From Octopus sinensis (lineage: Eukaryota): a DNA stretch of 64,000 nucleotides. The notes below the pieces were generated by a model, which saw nothing but the letters and a program-made list of their open reading frames with translations, had not been told where the DNA came from and ran no database searches. The position numbers and the translations under genes were made by a program. The DNA lies in the NCBI RefSeq assembly GCF_006345805.1, contig NC_043004.1:19778001-19842000 (forward strand), read 5' to 3'. Below are positions 1 through 13,993 of this stretch, piece after piece (position 1 is the stretch's first letter; each line of letters opens with the position of its first letter).

Positions 1-59
1 ATGATTTTCACTGAATCACTTACTTATTAGAAATATCATGTTGTAAATATGTATGTTAT

Positions 60-640
60 TATTTAGTTTTACTTCAAGATTTCTTGCAAATAGGTAAAGA
101 GCCGGCTCCTTCATTGGGAATACAACAACAGGGTATTTTTGTATATATGTATATATATGTGCAGATTTGTATATTTTGTTTAATATATGTAATCTCATGT
201 ATATAGTTGTATATCTAGACATGTTCATATATATAATTAAATGATAAATATCTCGAACGTTTTATGGATTTTACAGCTCCAGTGATGGTGTGGTTCTCTA
301 CTCTTCGAATCGGCTTTCTCATTTCTGGTTTAGAGAAGCCTAATTTCTCAAGATTGGTATTTAGTCTGCGTGTTACATATCCCAGGCCCCAGTAATTACA
401 TATATAAACTTGAATTTGTAATATGAATAAAGTAACTGAAAATTTCTCAATAGTGCAATGTAGGAATTTTATTTTTCGTTACTCTTTAGCTTTATGTTAA
501 CATCTGCCGGGCAGATAATTTCCATAACTGTACTCAATTTTTCTTCTCTATCCCGAATCATTATATCAGGTCTGTTGTGCTTACATTTTATTGGGATTTT
601 CACTTGGACATTTCACCAGTAACACTTGTTATAAGTGTCT
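60..640 (-). mobile_element. 3' fragment of RLE-type (R4/Dong-like) non-LTR retrotransposon: restriction-like endonuclease domain plus 3' UTR
   Basis: Manual translation of the minus strand gives YW*NVQVKIPIKCKHNRPDIMIRDREEKLSTVMEIICPADVNIKLK, matching the RLE motif RPD..(D/E)..CP.D.NI. It ends in an AATAATAA-like tail near 60. Confidence 0.8.
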
Positions 641-2802
641 ATGTAAGTATGTATGCATGTATATATGTATGTATGTGTGACTGCATGCATGTCAGTAATT
701 GTGTGAATTTATGTATGTATATATCTGCGTGTGTGTGCACATATATGTATGTAAGGTGTGTATATGCGAGCGTGTCTGATTTTGCATACCGTTGGAAACC
801 GGTACTTTGTCTATTTATGCCAAAGGGTAATTTAACGGGTTACTAACTATTTATAGACAAATCTTGTACTGGGAAGGATTTCTCCGTTTAAAATCCTAGA
901 TGATATAAGTTGACATGGACCCAGTCCAGTGAATGGAGACAGAAAGGTAATTAGAACGGATCTACGTATATATGAATACGATGTGTTGAAAAGAATGGAC
1001 TTACCTAAGTAAAAGAATTTTTAATTTGAAAAAAGGAAAAACTGGAACAAAAATATGGTAATGTAAACTTTGCGAAAAAAGGTTGGGAAAAGACTGAAAA
1101 AATGTATATATGTAGACGTTTTTATGAAAAAGAGAAAACACGTTCTAAATGTAACTACTCGACTTCGGGGGTCAAGTGGGCATCGCGCCTCATTGTATCA
1201 TCTTTTCATAATTCATTTGTTTCTTCTAATTTTGCTTCTCTTAAATTTCTATTTTATAATTTTAGTTCCTCGATTCTATGTTATGTTGCGTTATGTATTG
1301 TCTGTATGTGTTACATATATTTCGATGTACGCCTATAATAAGTAATGTTCGTAGTTTGAACATCAAATCAAGTAAATAAGCTAAATATGTACATTGAAAT
1401 TATAGAAAGTGTTATTTCTTTATAGATTTGGTATTGTCATAGAGATTGACATGTCAATTGACAAACACTGAGATTTATGTAATCTATTTACCTTCTCCCT
1501 CGAAATTACTGGATTTGTGCCAAAATTTTAAATCAATAATTCATACAAATATCACTATTTCAGCCAAAAGATTTACGCTGCAAAGTTTTCTCTAAGTTGG
1601 TGAAGACCTTTATTGTCGAAAAGCTTGTATGGAAAGCGATATAAAAATTCGAATTTGTTATAACTTCTATTGAAACTCACCTAATCGATTCATCTGTGTG
1701 AAACCAATAGAACGTAATGTATGTATACTGGCATGAAAACTACAAGAGGCCTTCAGAAATTTATTTAAACATGAAATAAGACAAAATAAACACCAACGAT
1801 TCATTAGATAATTCTTATTGCAGGTAGCTGATAATGCTATGACAGGATGAATCTGAATAGAAGGCAATCATTTATATATCAAACAATGTATGTTTATGAT
1901 GCCACGATCTCTTTGCAAAAACACTATTTTCCCCCTACACTTTCGTATATACACTGTCGCAGTCATTCTCACTCAATTACTTTTTGTCGTAATTGAGTAT
2001 GGAAGCTTTTGGTGATCTCTTTCATGTTAGATTTCAATGCTTAGGGTTTTTATATATAAATCTGCAGCTTCTCACGTTTCACCTTCTTGCATCCATATCT
2101 GAATGTCGTAAGTACCAGCGACCACAAGTATTTTCTTTAATCTATATCAACTGCATTTAGAAACACAGTGAGAATAAGAATTTAAAAAACTGAAAAGTAT
2201 AAATGGATTCCAGCTGCCTAATGGCTGAAAAACTTGCCTTTAGGCCGTATGTCAATCTAGGTAATATTTATGGTCATTGCTACGCATTCGAACTGCTTTA
2301 CATTTAATTTGATATTTATTCTTCTTATTGTTGGAAAGTTTCAGATGAATAAGACGATAATTTTACACAATTCTAACCACGTGATCGTTTTTCTCATTCA
2401 CATTATCAAAGATCGTGACAATTTAGAGAATTTATCCCTGACATTACAACATAGAAACGCAATGAAAACAGAGAAAGTTGCATGTTGAACCAAACATAAA
2501 AAGGCCCCATTCTTTTTGCTCATAACATAGAGGATACGGAAACGAGTGGACCGAGTGTCTTCATGGCTGAACATTAGAAATCTTTTAAAATGGGAACTAG
2601 TCTAATGCTGTATAGAGTCGATTTTAAATATATCAAAAGACAAATAAAGCAACAGCATAACCAATATTAGATATTTTCACAAGCATTATATATCAATAGA
2701 TTTTTACAATTCAAAATTAGTCGTAGGCTCTGCAAACTGACTTTCTCTATTACTAATACTGCTATACTGCAGATTTTTCTTTTCCTCTTCTTTCAGATAA
2801 GG

Positions 2803-2825
2803 GCTGCTGCTGCTACTACTACTAT

Positions 2826-2865
<40 letters not shown>

Positions 2866-2881
2866 GCTGCTACTACTGCTG

Positions 2882-2915
<34 letters not shown>

Positions 2916-2952
2916 CACCACCACCACCACCACCACCACCACCACCACCACC

Positions 2953-3000
<48 letters not shown>
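2803..3000. repeat. (CTA)n/(CCA)n trinucleotide microsatellite
   Basis: Directly visible; explains the poly-S/poly-G ORF 2704..3087. Confidence 0.95.
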
Positions 3001-3002
<2 letters not shown>

Positions 3003-3289
3003 TGTTGCTGGTGCTGATGTTTCTGTTGCTGCTTATATAGCTACTGCTGTTGCCAGTACGGCAAACTTGAAATGTGGTTAATGACAATGCCGAAAGAATA
3101 TACTTGGTTCTGTTATTCTGTCATTAAGATGCTAGAAAATATAGTCTTGATGGCGTAGAACACAACGAGATAATGTCAGATACTTTCAAGTCCCAAGTGT
3201 TGCAAAAAATAAAGAAAAAAAACAAAACGATAAATAAACCTAGAAAAGGAAATAACATTAGTTAACAAAGAAAAATATAAAAGAATCAC

Positions 3290-3760
3290 CTGATAATTGT
3301 GATGACAAAAATGTTGTTGATAATAGTTGTATTGATAGTAATGATAACGGTGATGGTGATAACTATGGTGACATATGTGATTGCAATAATATGATGATGA
3401 TGATGATGATGATGATGATAAGACGCTGGCCAAGATGACGACGATGATGGTGATAATGCTTATACTAGTAATAGTGACGATGAAGATGATAACAATGATG
3501 TTGATGATGATGATGATGATGGTGATTGTGATTACAATATGGACGAAGATAAGGATGATGCTAATGACACTGATGCTAATGATGCTAATTGTGATAATAT
3601 CGATGATGACGATGTCATTATGAGGCGAGGAACATAATGATTGTGGGGATGGAGAGCATCATCACGATGACAACAGAATGGAGATTATGAAACTTCCAAT
3701 GATGAACATAATGATGGTGATCAAGCGAATGCTGTCACTGCTGGTGATAATGATGCTCAT
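3290..3760. repeat. degenerate (GAT)n low-complexity tract
   Basis: Directly visible. Confidence 0.85.
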
Positions 3761-4157
3761 ATGCAAAAATACAGAATAGTGTAGGTGCAAAGCAAAGGTG
3801 GTATTTTACAGAGCATTTAGCGATCATAGCATTGATGGAGATACACTAGGTCAGGAGATAATTTAACATTATATAACATAGTTCACACGACAACCTTGCA
3901 TTCATACGTAACTGGAAATACTATGTCATTTAGTCATTCAAATAGAAATCCGATCATTTTATACTCCAGTATAAAAAAACATGCCAGCAAAAGCAATCAT
4001 GTAAAAGATCTAAAAGAAGGTTACTTTTGCGTGCTGTTTTGTTAGCTTTGTAGCAGGTGGTACAGAAAGGCAAGGCACCTATTGCCGTATCGACAATATC
4101 TGGGCATAAGTCTATGTATATCTGGTAGTATGTAAGTGTTTATGTATGTACGAGTGC

Positions 4158-4159
4158 AT

Positions 4160-4226
<67 letters not shown>

Positions 4227-4280
4227 TAGACAGATGGATATAGATATAGATAAAGATATAGATATATATATATATATACA
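4158..4280. repeat. (GATA)n/(TA)n microsatellite
   Basis: Directly visible. Confidence 0.95.
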
Positions 4281-4710
4281 ATAAACTAAGCAGAGAGATA
4301 CAATTGAGACAATGCAATAATTTATTTATATTATAATATAACATTGTATGAATATAATATACTATAACATAAACAATTACTAAAAAAAACCCAAAATGCT
4401 AAGAATTTGTTTCGACTTCTATACAGTTTTTGATATATATATATATATAATTTATTTACCTCATATAAGTCTCATCAGAGTTAATGATTTGAAGATAGAT
4501 GAAATTTCGTGTGAAAGGAAGGCTCGATTGTAAAAATTTATTCAAATACCTATGTATTATGGGCGTGAGCGTTAGCCACTTAACTACATATCAATTACAA
4601 ATAAAAACAACACCATTATATCGCATAAAATAATTTAGAATCTACACCTATCGAAATATATTTCTATATATCTCAAGTAATATTAATCCAAATATTAATG
4701 TGTGTATGTG

Positions 4711-4785
<75 letters not shown>

Positions 4786-5102
4786 ATATATATATATATA
4801 TATGTATCTTTTTATATGTATATATAAGAGTATATATGTATGTATATATATATGTCTATGTGTGTGTATGGATATCTTTAAGTTTTATCACCTTTATTTA
4901 ATAATGTAGAATTTGAAAAATTAATTTTTAGTGTATTAATTCAGAATTTCCAATCTTTTTAGTGCATATTCTTATAGTTACTGTAAAATACACCATTATA
5001 TTAGTAACTTAATAAATAATTGTATGTATAAATACATTTATTTAATTTATTAATTAATTGTTGATAATTATAACATTATTAATAATTATTTTATTCTTTT
5101 AT

Positions 5103-5296
5103 TTGTTTCAGTCATTTGACTGCGGCCATGCTGGAGCACCGCATTTAGTTGAACAAATCCACACCAGGACTAATTATTTGTAAGCCCAGTATTTATTCTA
5201 TCGATGTCTTTTACCGAACCGTGAAGGTACGGGGACGCAAACACACCACCATCGGTTGTCAAGCGATGTTGGGGGACAAACACAGACACATACAAA

Positions 5297-5354
<58 letters not shown>

Positions 5355-5530
5355 ATACATATATATATATATATAATATATATATATATACATATATATA
5401 CATATATATATGCGTGTGTGTGTGTGTATACATATATACGACTGGCTTCTTTCAGTTTCCGCCGACCAAATCCTCTCACAAGGCTTTGGTCGATCCGAGG
5501 CTATAGTAGAAGGCACTTGCCCAGAGTTGA
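5103..5530 (-). mobile_element. tRNA-derived SINE (family 2, CR1-like 3' tail) interrupted by (TA)n
   Basis: Tail TTTCAGTCATTTGACTGCGGCCATGCTGGAGCACC, body GGTTGTCAAGCGATG, head-side segment TTTCAGTTTCCG..CACAAGGCTTTGGTCG..GAGGCTATAG. Related head segments occur at 23.8 kb and 54.65 kb. Confidence 0.8.
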
Positions 5531-6332
5531 GAGTAGTGGTGGAGGGAAGACCACCAACCTGTCATCAATGTTGAGAGCTCAGCGCAGAAGAGTCCTTTAA
5601 AGAAAAGGAAGGAGATGGAACGGAAGGTTCATATTTTTCACTGCATGAGATTACAACAGACCCAACAACAAAGTAAACCATCACAGAAAACCAAGTTCCA
5701 CCACAGGGACCAGCAACCCCAAAACATGCAAAAAATCAAGTGGCAAATAGAACATATGAAAAAAGCACTGAAATTGAAAGAAAAATCACCAAATTCAAAT
5801 CGGCGATAAGAGTGAAACTAGCAATGGAGCATTACCCGGAGAGCACGAAGACAATGAAAGAATGGTTCGGAAACAGGATGGACTCAATGGGTGCAAGAGT
5901 AGAATTCGACGACTTACCACCAATCATAGACTAAAAAAATTTATTGTATTGCCATATATAAAATGGTAAACCGTAAGTAAGCATTTAAATTTAAAGACTG
6001 TACACAAGATGCTAGAAGAAAAAAAGGGGGGAATAGAGGAAGAAAATCGATATAAAACTTTACGTTAAAACATTTGTTCGAGAATGGGGCTTAATGCAGC
6101 CATTTGATCCTCATTGATAATTATTCATCCTTCATTCATTCGTTTTATGTTTTTGTCCCCACTGTGGTGTTCTGTCTGTCTTTGTGCTGTCCCCTCTGTG
6201 TCATGGCGTGTGTGCCTAATAAAAGAAATTAGTCGTCTCTATACTTGTTTTACTATGTATACTGTATACCGAAGTGGGCATAAGAACAGTCCGACATTTT
6301 AAAGATTATAACACACACACACAGGCATATAT

Positions 6333-6368
<36 letters not shown>

Positions 6369-8322
6369 CAGATACACATACATATATATATATATATATA
6401 CAGATACACAAACACGCGCACACACTCTCTCTCACACACACAAACGCACTCAATCAAGCCCACACATTGTATAAAGCAATCATTATATGAAGTTTAGAAA
6501 AGAGTTGTGTAATTTCGATATACAGTTTTGTTTCCTAATGAAAGAAAATATTTCGTTATTCTCTGAGTTTTCCACCTGATTTGCTTTCTCTAAAATAGTT
6601 TAAGTAATATTGAACGGTTTGAGCTAAAAAGAAGTTTTTACTTACAATATTCTAACAACATTTTCAGGAGAAAAGCTTTGAAATCATCCAACTTCTGTAC
6701 TAAACAACTAAACAGTAATAAAAAACTACTTTGAAGGATTAGTAGCAAGCACTACAACATGTAAGTGAATAGAGCTGATAATAGAATAGTTATCTTTCAC
6801 ATTTAATAAACTAGATATCATTTTTCAGATTTAATAAAATATTTATCTTTCATATTTAACAAAAGTCAAGCCGTCATATTCGCTATAATTTGTTGAGAAT
6901 TTGGATTGTTTTATCAACTTACTAATGTCATTTTATTTTATCAACATAAATACTCTTTATATACAAATAATGAGTATCTGTGTTGATAAAGAGCACGTCA
7001 TTCCACAGCATACCAAATAGATACATAACATTTATTATCCAAGATACATAAATTAAAATGCACGATTCTCAGGAATCGACGGATGGTTTTGCCGAACAAA
7101 TCTTTATTTTTTTCCATATATTTCAATAGCGTTTTCATGTTTAGCACATAAAAAAAAATTGAAATTCATTCTTCAACTTAAAAAATTTATTGACTAATAA
7201 AAAGTAGATGTGTAATAACAGTGGACCATATAATGGTAAATATAAATCTGCTTTCCAAATACCACATCAATTTGTTTTGTTGAATTCTTAAACCATTTGC
7301 TGCGATTGCCAAGAAAGAATAAATAAAAAAATATATATATATCCTACCGTATATAACGGAGCTGCGCGCCCATGCACACATGTATATTTATCCTCAGACT
7401 TTCTCACACAAAGCTCATCATTACTTCATAAGACTCACCACATCACGTAAAATCTCCAATCATTGATTTTCCTGTTTGTCAAACTGAAAATCTTTATGTC
7501 CGAATGTCATAGGAAAGACTGGCAGGGAAATATGTTTTCTATAACATATGCGTGTTTATACACAAGATGCGCGCGCTCGAACAAACGCAGATATTCAATA
7601 GAAATCAGTAGTTCGATAGTATAGTTTTCTTGTGAATTTCCTTGAAGTTATTGAATCGGAGTATGACCTGCAGAATGACATTACTGCACATGCAGAGTAT
7701 CACTCCCAAACTTACACCTGCGCCTCCAAAATGTCTTCCCATAGCCTTTCTGCTTTACAATAAACAAAATAACGTAACGATTTATTGAATATATTATCAA
7801 TAAAAATAGATACACGCGTTTGTCATATAAAATGTGTAACCTTACTGTCATATTAACGATGAGGAAAGAATGTATATGGCCGTGATACCAGGGCGTTTAT
7901 ATCTCCAGCCAACGTTTTATGTATACATCACCTATACATCAAAATATACTGTATACTCTATTCCAAATAAAAGATGGGTATATTGCAGGTGTAAAATACA
8001 AGTAACAATATGCGCCCAAATTTATAAAAGTATATGAAAATACAATGTATGCTTACATGTTTACGCACACTACTACACGATTCCATGTTTCCTACATACG
8101 TACATAAATACTATTTGCATCACTTTCCTTACAAGTTCTAATAGCTCTATTATACTATAATGTAACATGGGTTCGGCATTTAATATAAGAATGAGCATTT
8201 CAACACTTAAGTAATTATCTACTGTCTATTCATTCATAATTCGTTTATGTATTTGGGTTGCAAGGTTCTTAGTGTGATTTCGTGCGTTGAAACAACTTTT
8301 GTGTCGTGGGAGAATCATTACG

Positions 8323-8331
8323 CTAATAATG

Positions 8332-8395
<64 letters not shown>
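8323..8395. repeat. (TAA)n microsatellite
   Basis: Directly visible. Confidence 0.95.
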
Positions 8396-8519
8396 GACTG
8401 CTCTGACAGTTCGGTGGTCGAAAGCCATAGAAACACTAATATGGGCCAGTTTAGCAACGGGGAAAAATAACTCTCAAAGACTGGAACATCTACAATACCT
8501 CGTGAGTATTTGAAATTCT

Positions 8520-9414
8520 CTTCAAAGTGGGTTAAGAAATTTACAAATTTACATATCTGCAGCTTTCAAACATACATCCGATCGGCTTTAAAAACTTTGA
8601 TACCCACAATTGCCTCTGTAAACATCCTTTTTTTTCTTCTCTCTAAAAACATCACGCTTTTCTTTTTGTGGACTTGCAAAACCCTAAAACTTTCTATGAA
8701 AATCTGACTTTTCTTTGCTTCCTCCCTGAATATTCAAATAAAAATGTAAACATATACCTTTTATTGCAAAAACACACCTGTTCTTGTAACTGGACATACA
8801 AACATCTCTAGAGGGGTCAACTTCAACCTCCACAATATTACCTTACACGAAATATACAAACACTTTTTATTGCAATAACACAAACGCACATGGAAAAAAT
8901 GATGATGCTAAGATTCTCTCTGGTCGAACACAGCTTCTCTATTCACAAATAATACAGAACAGCCTTTCAAAATAAGTTAAGAAAATTTACAAATTTACAT
9001 ATCTACAGTTTTCAATCATACATTCGACCAGCTTTAAAAACTTTGATACCCACAACTGCCTCTGTAAACATCCTTTTTTTTCTTCTCTCTAAAAACATCA
9101 CGCTTTTCTTTTTGTGGACTTACAAAACCCTAAAACTTTCTATGAAAATCTGACTTTTCTTTGCTTCCTCCCTGAATATTCAAATATAAATGTAAACATA
9201 TACCTTTTATTGTAAAAACACACCTGTTCTTGTAACTGGACATACAAACATCTCTAGAGGGGTCAGCTTCAACCTCCACAATATTACCTTACACGAAATA
9301 TACAAACACTTTCTATTGCAATGACACAAACGCACATGGAAAAAAAAATGATGATGCTAAGATTCTCTCTGGTCGAACACAACTTCTCTATTCACAAACA
9401 ATACAGAACAGCCC
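8520..9414. repeat. tandem duplication of a ~446-bp unit (8520-8965 / 8966-9414)
   Basis: Two near-identical copies by eye (e.g. TTAAAAACTTTGATACCCACAA and CTCTCTGGTCGAACACA each occur twice). Confidence 0.95.
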
Positions 9415-9935
9415 TTCCTTAATTTTTCTTAAGCCTAATAGTAGTAAACATCTGAACTTATTTTGACCGATAGCACCCCACCTAAAAAGAAAAATATCAC
9501 TGATGGTGATGGTGATGATGGTGATGATGATAATAATGATAGTAATAGTTCTGATAATCTATCTATCTATCTACACACACACACACACTCAAAGAATTCA
9601 ACAAACACAAACCTCACCTGGGCTCTATTGTTAACCAAATATGAAAGTATTATTTGACAGGCAAGAACTCTGGCGTTGAAGACAGTCAGCCAGCCAACCA
9701 CCAAGCCAGCCAACCACCAAGCCAGCCAACGAGACAGACAGACACTACTGTGATGGTGATAATGATAAAAAAAAACAAAAATAAAAATAATAAGATGCTG
9801 CTGTGACTACACATAAAACAATATCATTGATGATGATGGTGGTGATGGTGATGGTGATGATGATGATGATGATGATAATGATGGTGGTGATAATGGTGGT
9901 AGTGATAATGATGGTGATGATAATAACAATAATAA

Positions 9936-12900
9936 GCCGATTACGGCTGCTATAATGGTACGATTATAATTGTAACGGCAATGATGGCCGTCTCCCCACG
10001 AGCCAATCAAAGCTAAAAAATGATAACATTATCGTAGCACCAAAATGTTTTTGGAAACTAAAAGGAAAACTAAATCAGTATACCAAATCGCTTGTCCTAT
10101 GGTTAATCTGGAAGCGCGTCCCCCAGAGAAGAGCCAGCCTGGGATCGAAAAGTCATCAACTGGCACAAACTCTTCTCCGAATACGGACATGGATGGTCAC
10201 TTGAACGGGAAATCCCCCACTCGAGCCCTCCAAGTTCATCACCACAACCACCACAGAAAGAAAAATGTAAGCGGAACAAATGGACCCGAGAAGAGTATAA
10301 AGAAGTAATATACGCTTATTACTATGCATTAGGTAGGCCATCTCAAGAGAGACACACCGCAAACTCTTACAGTATATGGAGAACACGGAATCAAGACAGT
10401 AGGCCCTATTTGGACGAGAACAAATTAGCAAATGTGAGGAGGGATATCCTTAGAAATAACAGACTCACAGACAGTGAAATAAACGCGATCAAGCACGCAA
10501 CGGAAAATGACATAAATATAAGACACAAAGGAAATGAAGAATCAGATGAACAGTATAGCCCGCCACGAGGCTTAATTGAAAGACTGCCATCTGACCAAAG
10601 TACGCAAAGGCATGAAGATACAAGAAATTCTATTGTACCTGTTAAAGATAGCCAGGAAAACGAAAAAAGAACAGTAACTGAAGATCTCGCATTTGCTGAA
10701 GAACACAGAGAGTCTATGGCAGAAATGAGGCACAAAATCCTGAATACGCTTGAAGTTGTAAGACATACAAGTATGAATGATAGAGAACCACTTCATAAAC
10801 TCTCAAATACAAACCAAAATAAAAAACAAATCCAAATTGGCAACTACGTAACAAATGAAATAATACGAGAATTAAAACCTGATTTTACTGAGTTAAATGA
10901 AATTATTTACGCTTCTGCTAGGGCAACTGAAACCAGCTGTATGCCCCCGAAAAAACAAAGAAAACAAAACCTGGGAAGAAATCAAACCTGGAGAAGTAAA
11001 ATTGAAAAAGAGATTGAATTTATGAGAGGGGAAATATCAATATTAAATGAACTAATATGTGGAAATGATGTAAGATCCAGAACAGGAAGAAAGATGAAGA
11101 CAAAATTTGGATCCTCACCAAGAGAAGAACTGATATCAATAAAAGAAACGCTGAAACAAAAAGTCCAAGCAAAAGCCCAAAGAATACGAAGATTTGAGAA
11201 GAGAAACAAGTTTTACAAGCAAAATAAGCTGTTCACATCCAATGCCAAAAAATTCTACAGAGAAATAGGGAAGGAGAAAGTAACCGTTAAAGACCCCCCT
11301 CCCATGGAAGAAGTTCAAGACTTTTGGAAAAGGATTTGGAGTGACAAGAAGACGTACAACATAAATGCAGACTGGATTATACAAACTAAAGGATCCTACC
11401 AAAATTTACAACAACAATAGTAGACCTAAGAAAGGCACTCACGAAGGCCCATAATTGGAAATCCCCCGGTAAAGATAGGGTGCCGAATTTCTGGCTCGCA
11501 TCGCTCCCATCCGCACACGGTAAGCTAGTTCAGCTGCTCAATGGAATTATGAGAGACCCAAAGAAAACACCTGAATGGTTAGCAAGTGGCATTACTTACC
11601 TACTCCCAAAGAATAACGAAACCAACCCTCCAAAAAACTATCGGCCTATAACCTGTCTATCCACCACGTATAAAATCCTAACATCTATCCTGGCGGAGAA
11701 AACTTATGCATTCATGGAGAAGAACGATATTTTCCCCATTGAACAAAAAGGCTGCCGCCGAGGCTCTTACGGATGCAAAGATCAACTGCTAACCAATCGT
11801 ATGATCCTTGAGAACTGTCACAACAAGCGCAGAAATCTCAGCACCGCATGGATTGACTATAAAAAGGCCTTCGACAGTATACCGCATCCATGGATCTTGA
11901 GATCGCTGGACATCTTCAAAATTTCCCCTGTGATTTCAAACTTCCTGAAGCACAATATGTCGTTGTGGAATACGAATCTCCAATTATACCACTCTAATGG
12001 AGTACTTGCCTCAGAAAATATAAACATCAACTGTGGAATTTTTCAAGGTGACTCACTTTCACCTTTAATATTCTGTATAGCCCTAATACCCCTTACAAGT
12101 GAATTAAACAGAACAGGGTATGGGTATAAAATTGCCAATAAAAAAATTAAGCCATCTATTTTATATGGATGACTTAAAACTTTATGGTAAAGACAATAAT
12201 GTACTTGAAGGCCTATTGCGCACCGTGAAAGCATTCAGCGATAACATCGGGATGGAGTTTGGACTTGAGAAGTGTGCCAAGGCCACTTTCCAGAAAGGGA
12301 AAGTGAAGACCACAAATTCAGTCGTGTTAGATGTTGACACAGTCATAAGAGAGCTTGAGCAAGAACAAACATACAAATATTTAGGGATAAATGAAGGCTC
12401 TGGTATTCAGCATGCAAGCATGAAAGAGAAGATCAAGAAGGAATGTTATAGGAGAGTTCGTGCAGTCCTGAAATCTGAACTAAATGCACGTAACAAGGTG
12501 TTAGCTATAAATTCCTTAGGAGTTCCAGTTGTTGCTTATAGCTACAATGTGTTGAACTGGAATATGAGTGAAGTAAAGAATATAGATAGAAAAATACGCA
12601 AGCTGCTGAGTTGTAATAGGATGCACCACCCAAAGGCAGACGTAGATCGCCTTTACCTTCCCAGAGCCCAAGGAGGTCGAGGCCTGATCCAATTTGAACT
12701 AGCTTACAAAACAACCACAATTGGACTGGCCAAATATCTCGAAATATCGAATGACTGGATGCTAAAGCTCGTGGAAAATCACGAGAAACCAAAGAAGCTT
12801 CATTCTATCATAAAGGAAAGCAAACAATTTGCTATTGATCTCGTGCAGGATACCCAAACTGAACAACCCGAGGGAAGTACGGCAACTATTGTTGCAAAGA

Positions 12901-13885
12901 AGGTGAAAATGATGGCAATGAATAAAGCGCACGAGCAATTGGCTGATAGGTGGGAGGAGAAACCTCTGCACGGCAAATATGTGACCCGCAGCAAACAAGC
13001 TGATGTTGACCAGAAGCAAACCCATCAGTGGCTACGGAGCTCAGGGCTAAAAGCAGAGAGCGAAGGTTTCATCCTGGCTGCTCAAGATCAAAGCCTATTA
13101 ACCCGGAACTACCAGGCCAATGTGATGAAAAATGGAGCAGACCCAAAATGCCGATTCTGCAACGACATGATTGAAACAGTGGACCATCTAATCTCTGGAT
13201 GTAAAGTCTTAGCACCAGTGGAGTATAAATTAAGACATGACAGAGTTGGCCAATATCTCCACTGGCTAATAAGTCGGCATTACAATATCAAAACTGCCGA
13301 CAAGTGGTATAATCACCACCCTGAGGCTGTAACTGAAGGAGAAAATGTAACCATTCTGTGGGACTTTCCAGTACATACAGACCGAACCATCAAGGCCAAT
13401 AAACCAGATATTGTTGTGAAAGACCAAAACAATAAAGTTTGCTTATTGATCGACATGAGCATCCCCTGTGATCATAATATCTCAGCGAAAGAGTTTGACA
13501 AGCTCAGAAAATAAAAAGACCTACTCATTGAAATTGAGAAAATGTGGCATCTCAAGGCGGTTACAATACCAGTGATAGTAGGAGCACTAGGAATGATCAA
13601 GAAGGGAACCGAAAATTATATGAGAATGATCCCTGGCTTACCATCCCTGCAAGAAGTGCAAAAGATTGTCTTAACTGGTACATCACACATATTGAGAAGA
13701 GCATTGTCGGTGTGAGAACTGTTGCTGCTCATGTATTTTAAGTTAACTTAAAAAAAAAAAAAAAAATGAACGAACTATTGAGTTTGGTTTAATGGCCTAC
13801 CAATGTATACTATGAGTTTCTTTGCCCTAGGAGTCGGGAAGACACTTGACAAGAAATGGAAGCAAATTTGAAAGAAGAAAAAAAA
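9936..13885 (+). mobile_element. near full-length R4/Dong-clade non-LTR retrotransposon inserted in (TAA)n
   Basis: Single long ORF with Myb-like N-terminus, RT, CCHC knuckle and RLE. Preceded by TAATAACAATAATAA and followed by ~190 bp of (TAA/TAG)n. Confidence 0.95.
10045..13715 (+). pseudogene. disrupted RT-RLE polyprotein ORF of the R4/Dong element
   Basis: KWTREEYKEVIYAYY (Myb-like), NYRPITCL, WIDYKKAFDSIPH, GIFQGDSLSP, HLFYMDDLKLY, CRFC..ETVDHLISGC, KPDIVV..LIDMSIP. Lesions: frameshift ~10260, deletion/stop 11418-11420, frameshift ~12145, nonsense 13512-13514. Natural stop at 13713-13715. Confidence 0.93.
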
Positions 13886-13918
13886 GTAATAATAATAATA
13901 ATAGTAATAGTAATAGTA

Positions 13919-13978
<60 letters not shown>

Positions 13979-13993
13979 GTAACAGTAATAGTA

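Noticed and set aside
780-1200. Possible LINE ORF2 C-terminal remnant (RTDLRIYEYDVLKRMDLPK...)
   Set aside because: No diagnostic motif; family cannot be supported without a search.
4395-4480. Minus-strand CTGATGA-GACTT...AAGTC-GAAAC hammerhead-like motif
   Set aside because: Stem II and core boxes are present, but no NUH triplet with a pairing stem I or III could be found; at best a dead remnant.
9936-10040. HDV-like ribozyme at the Dong 5' end
   Set aside because: No P1.1 GG or correctly placed P2/J4-2 could be assigned by hand; reported only as a structured leader.
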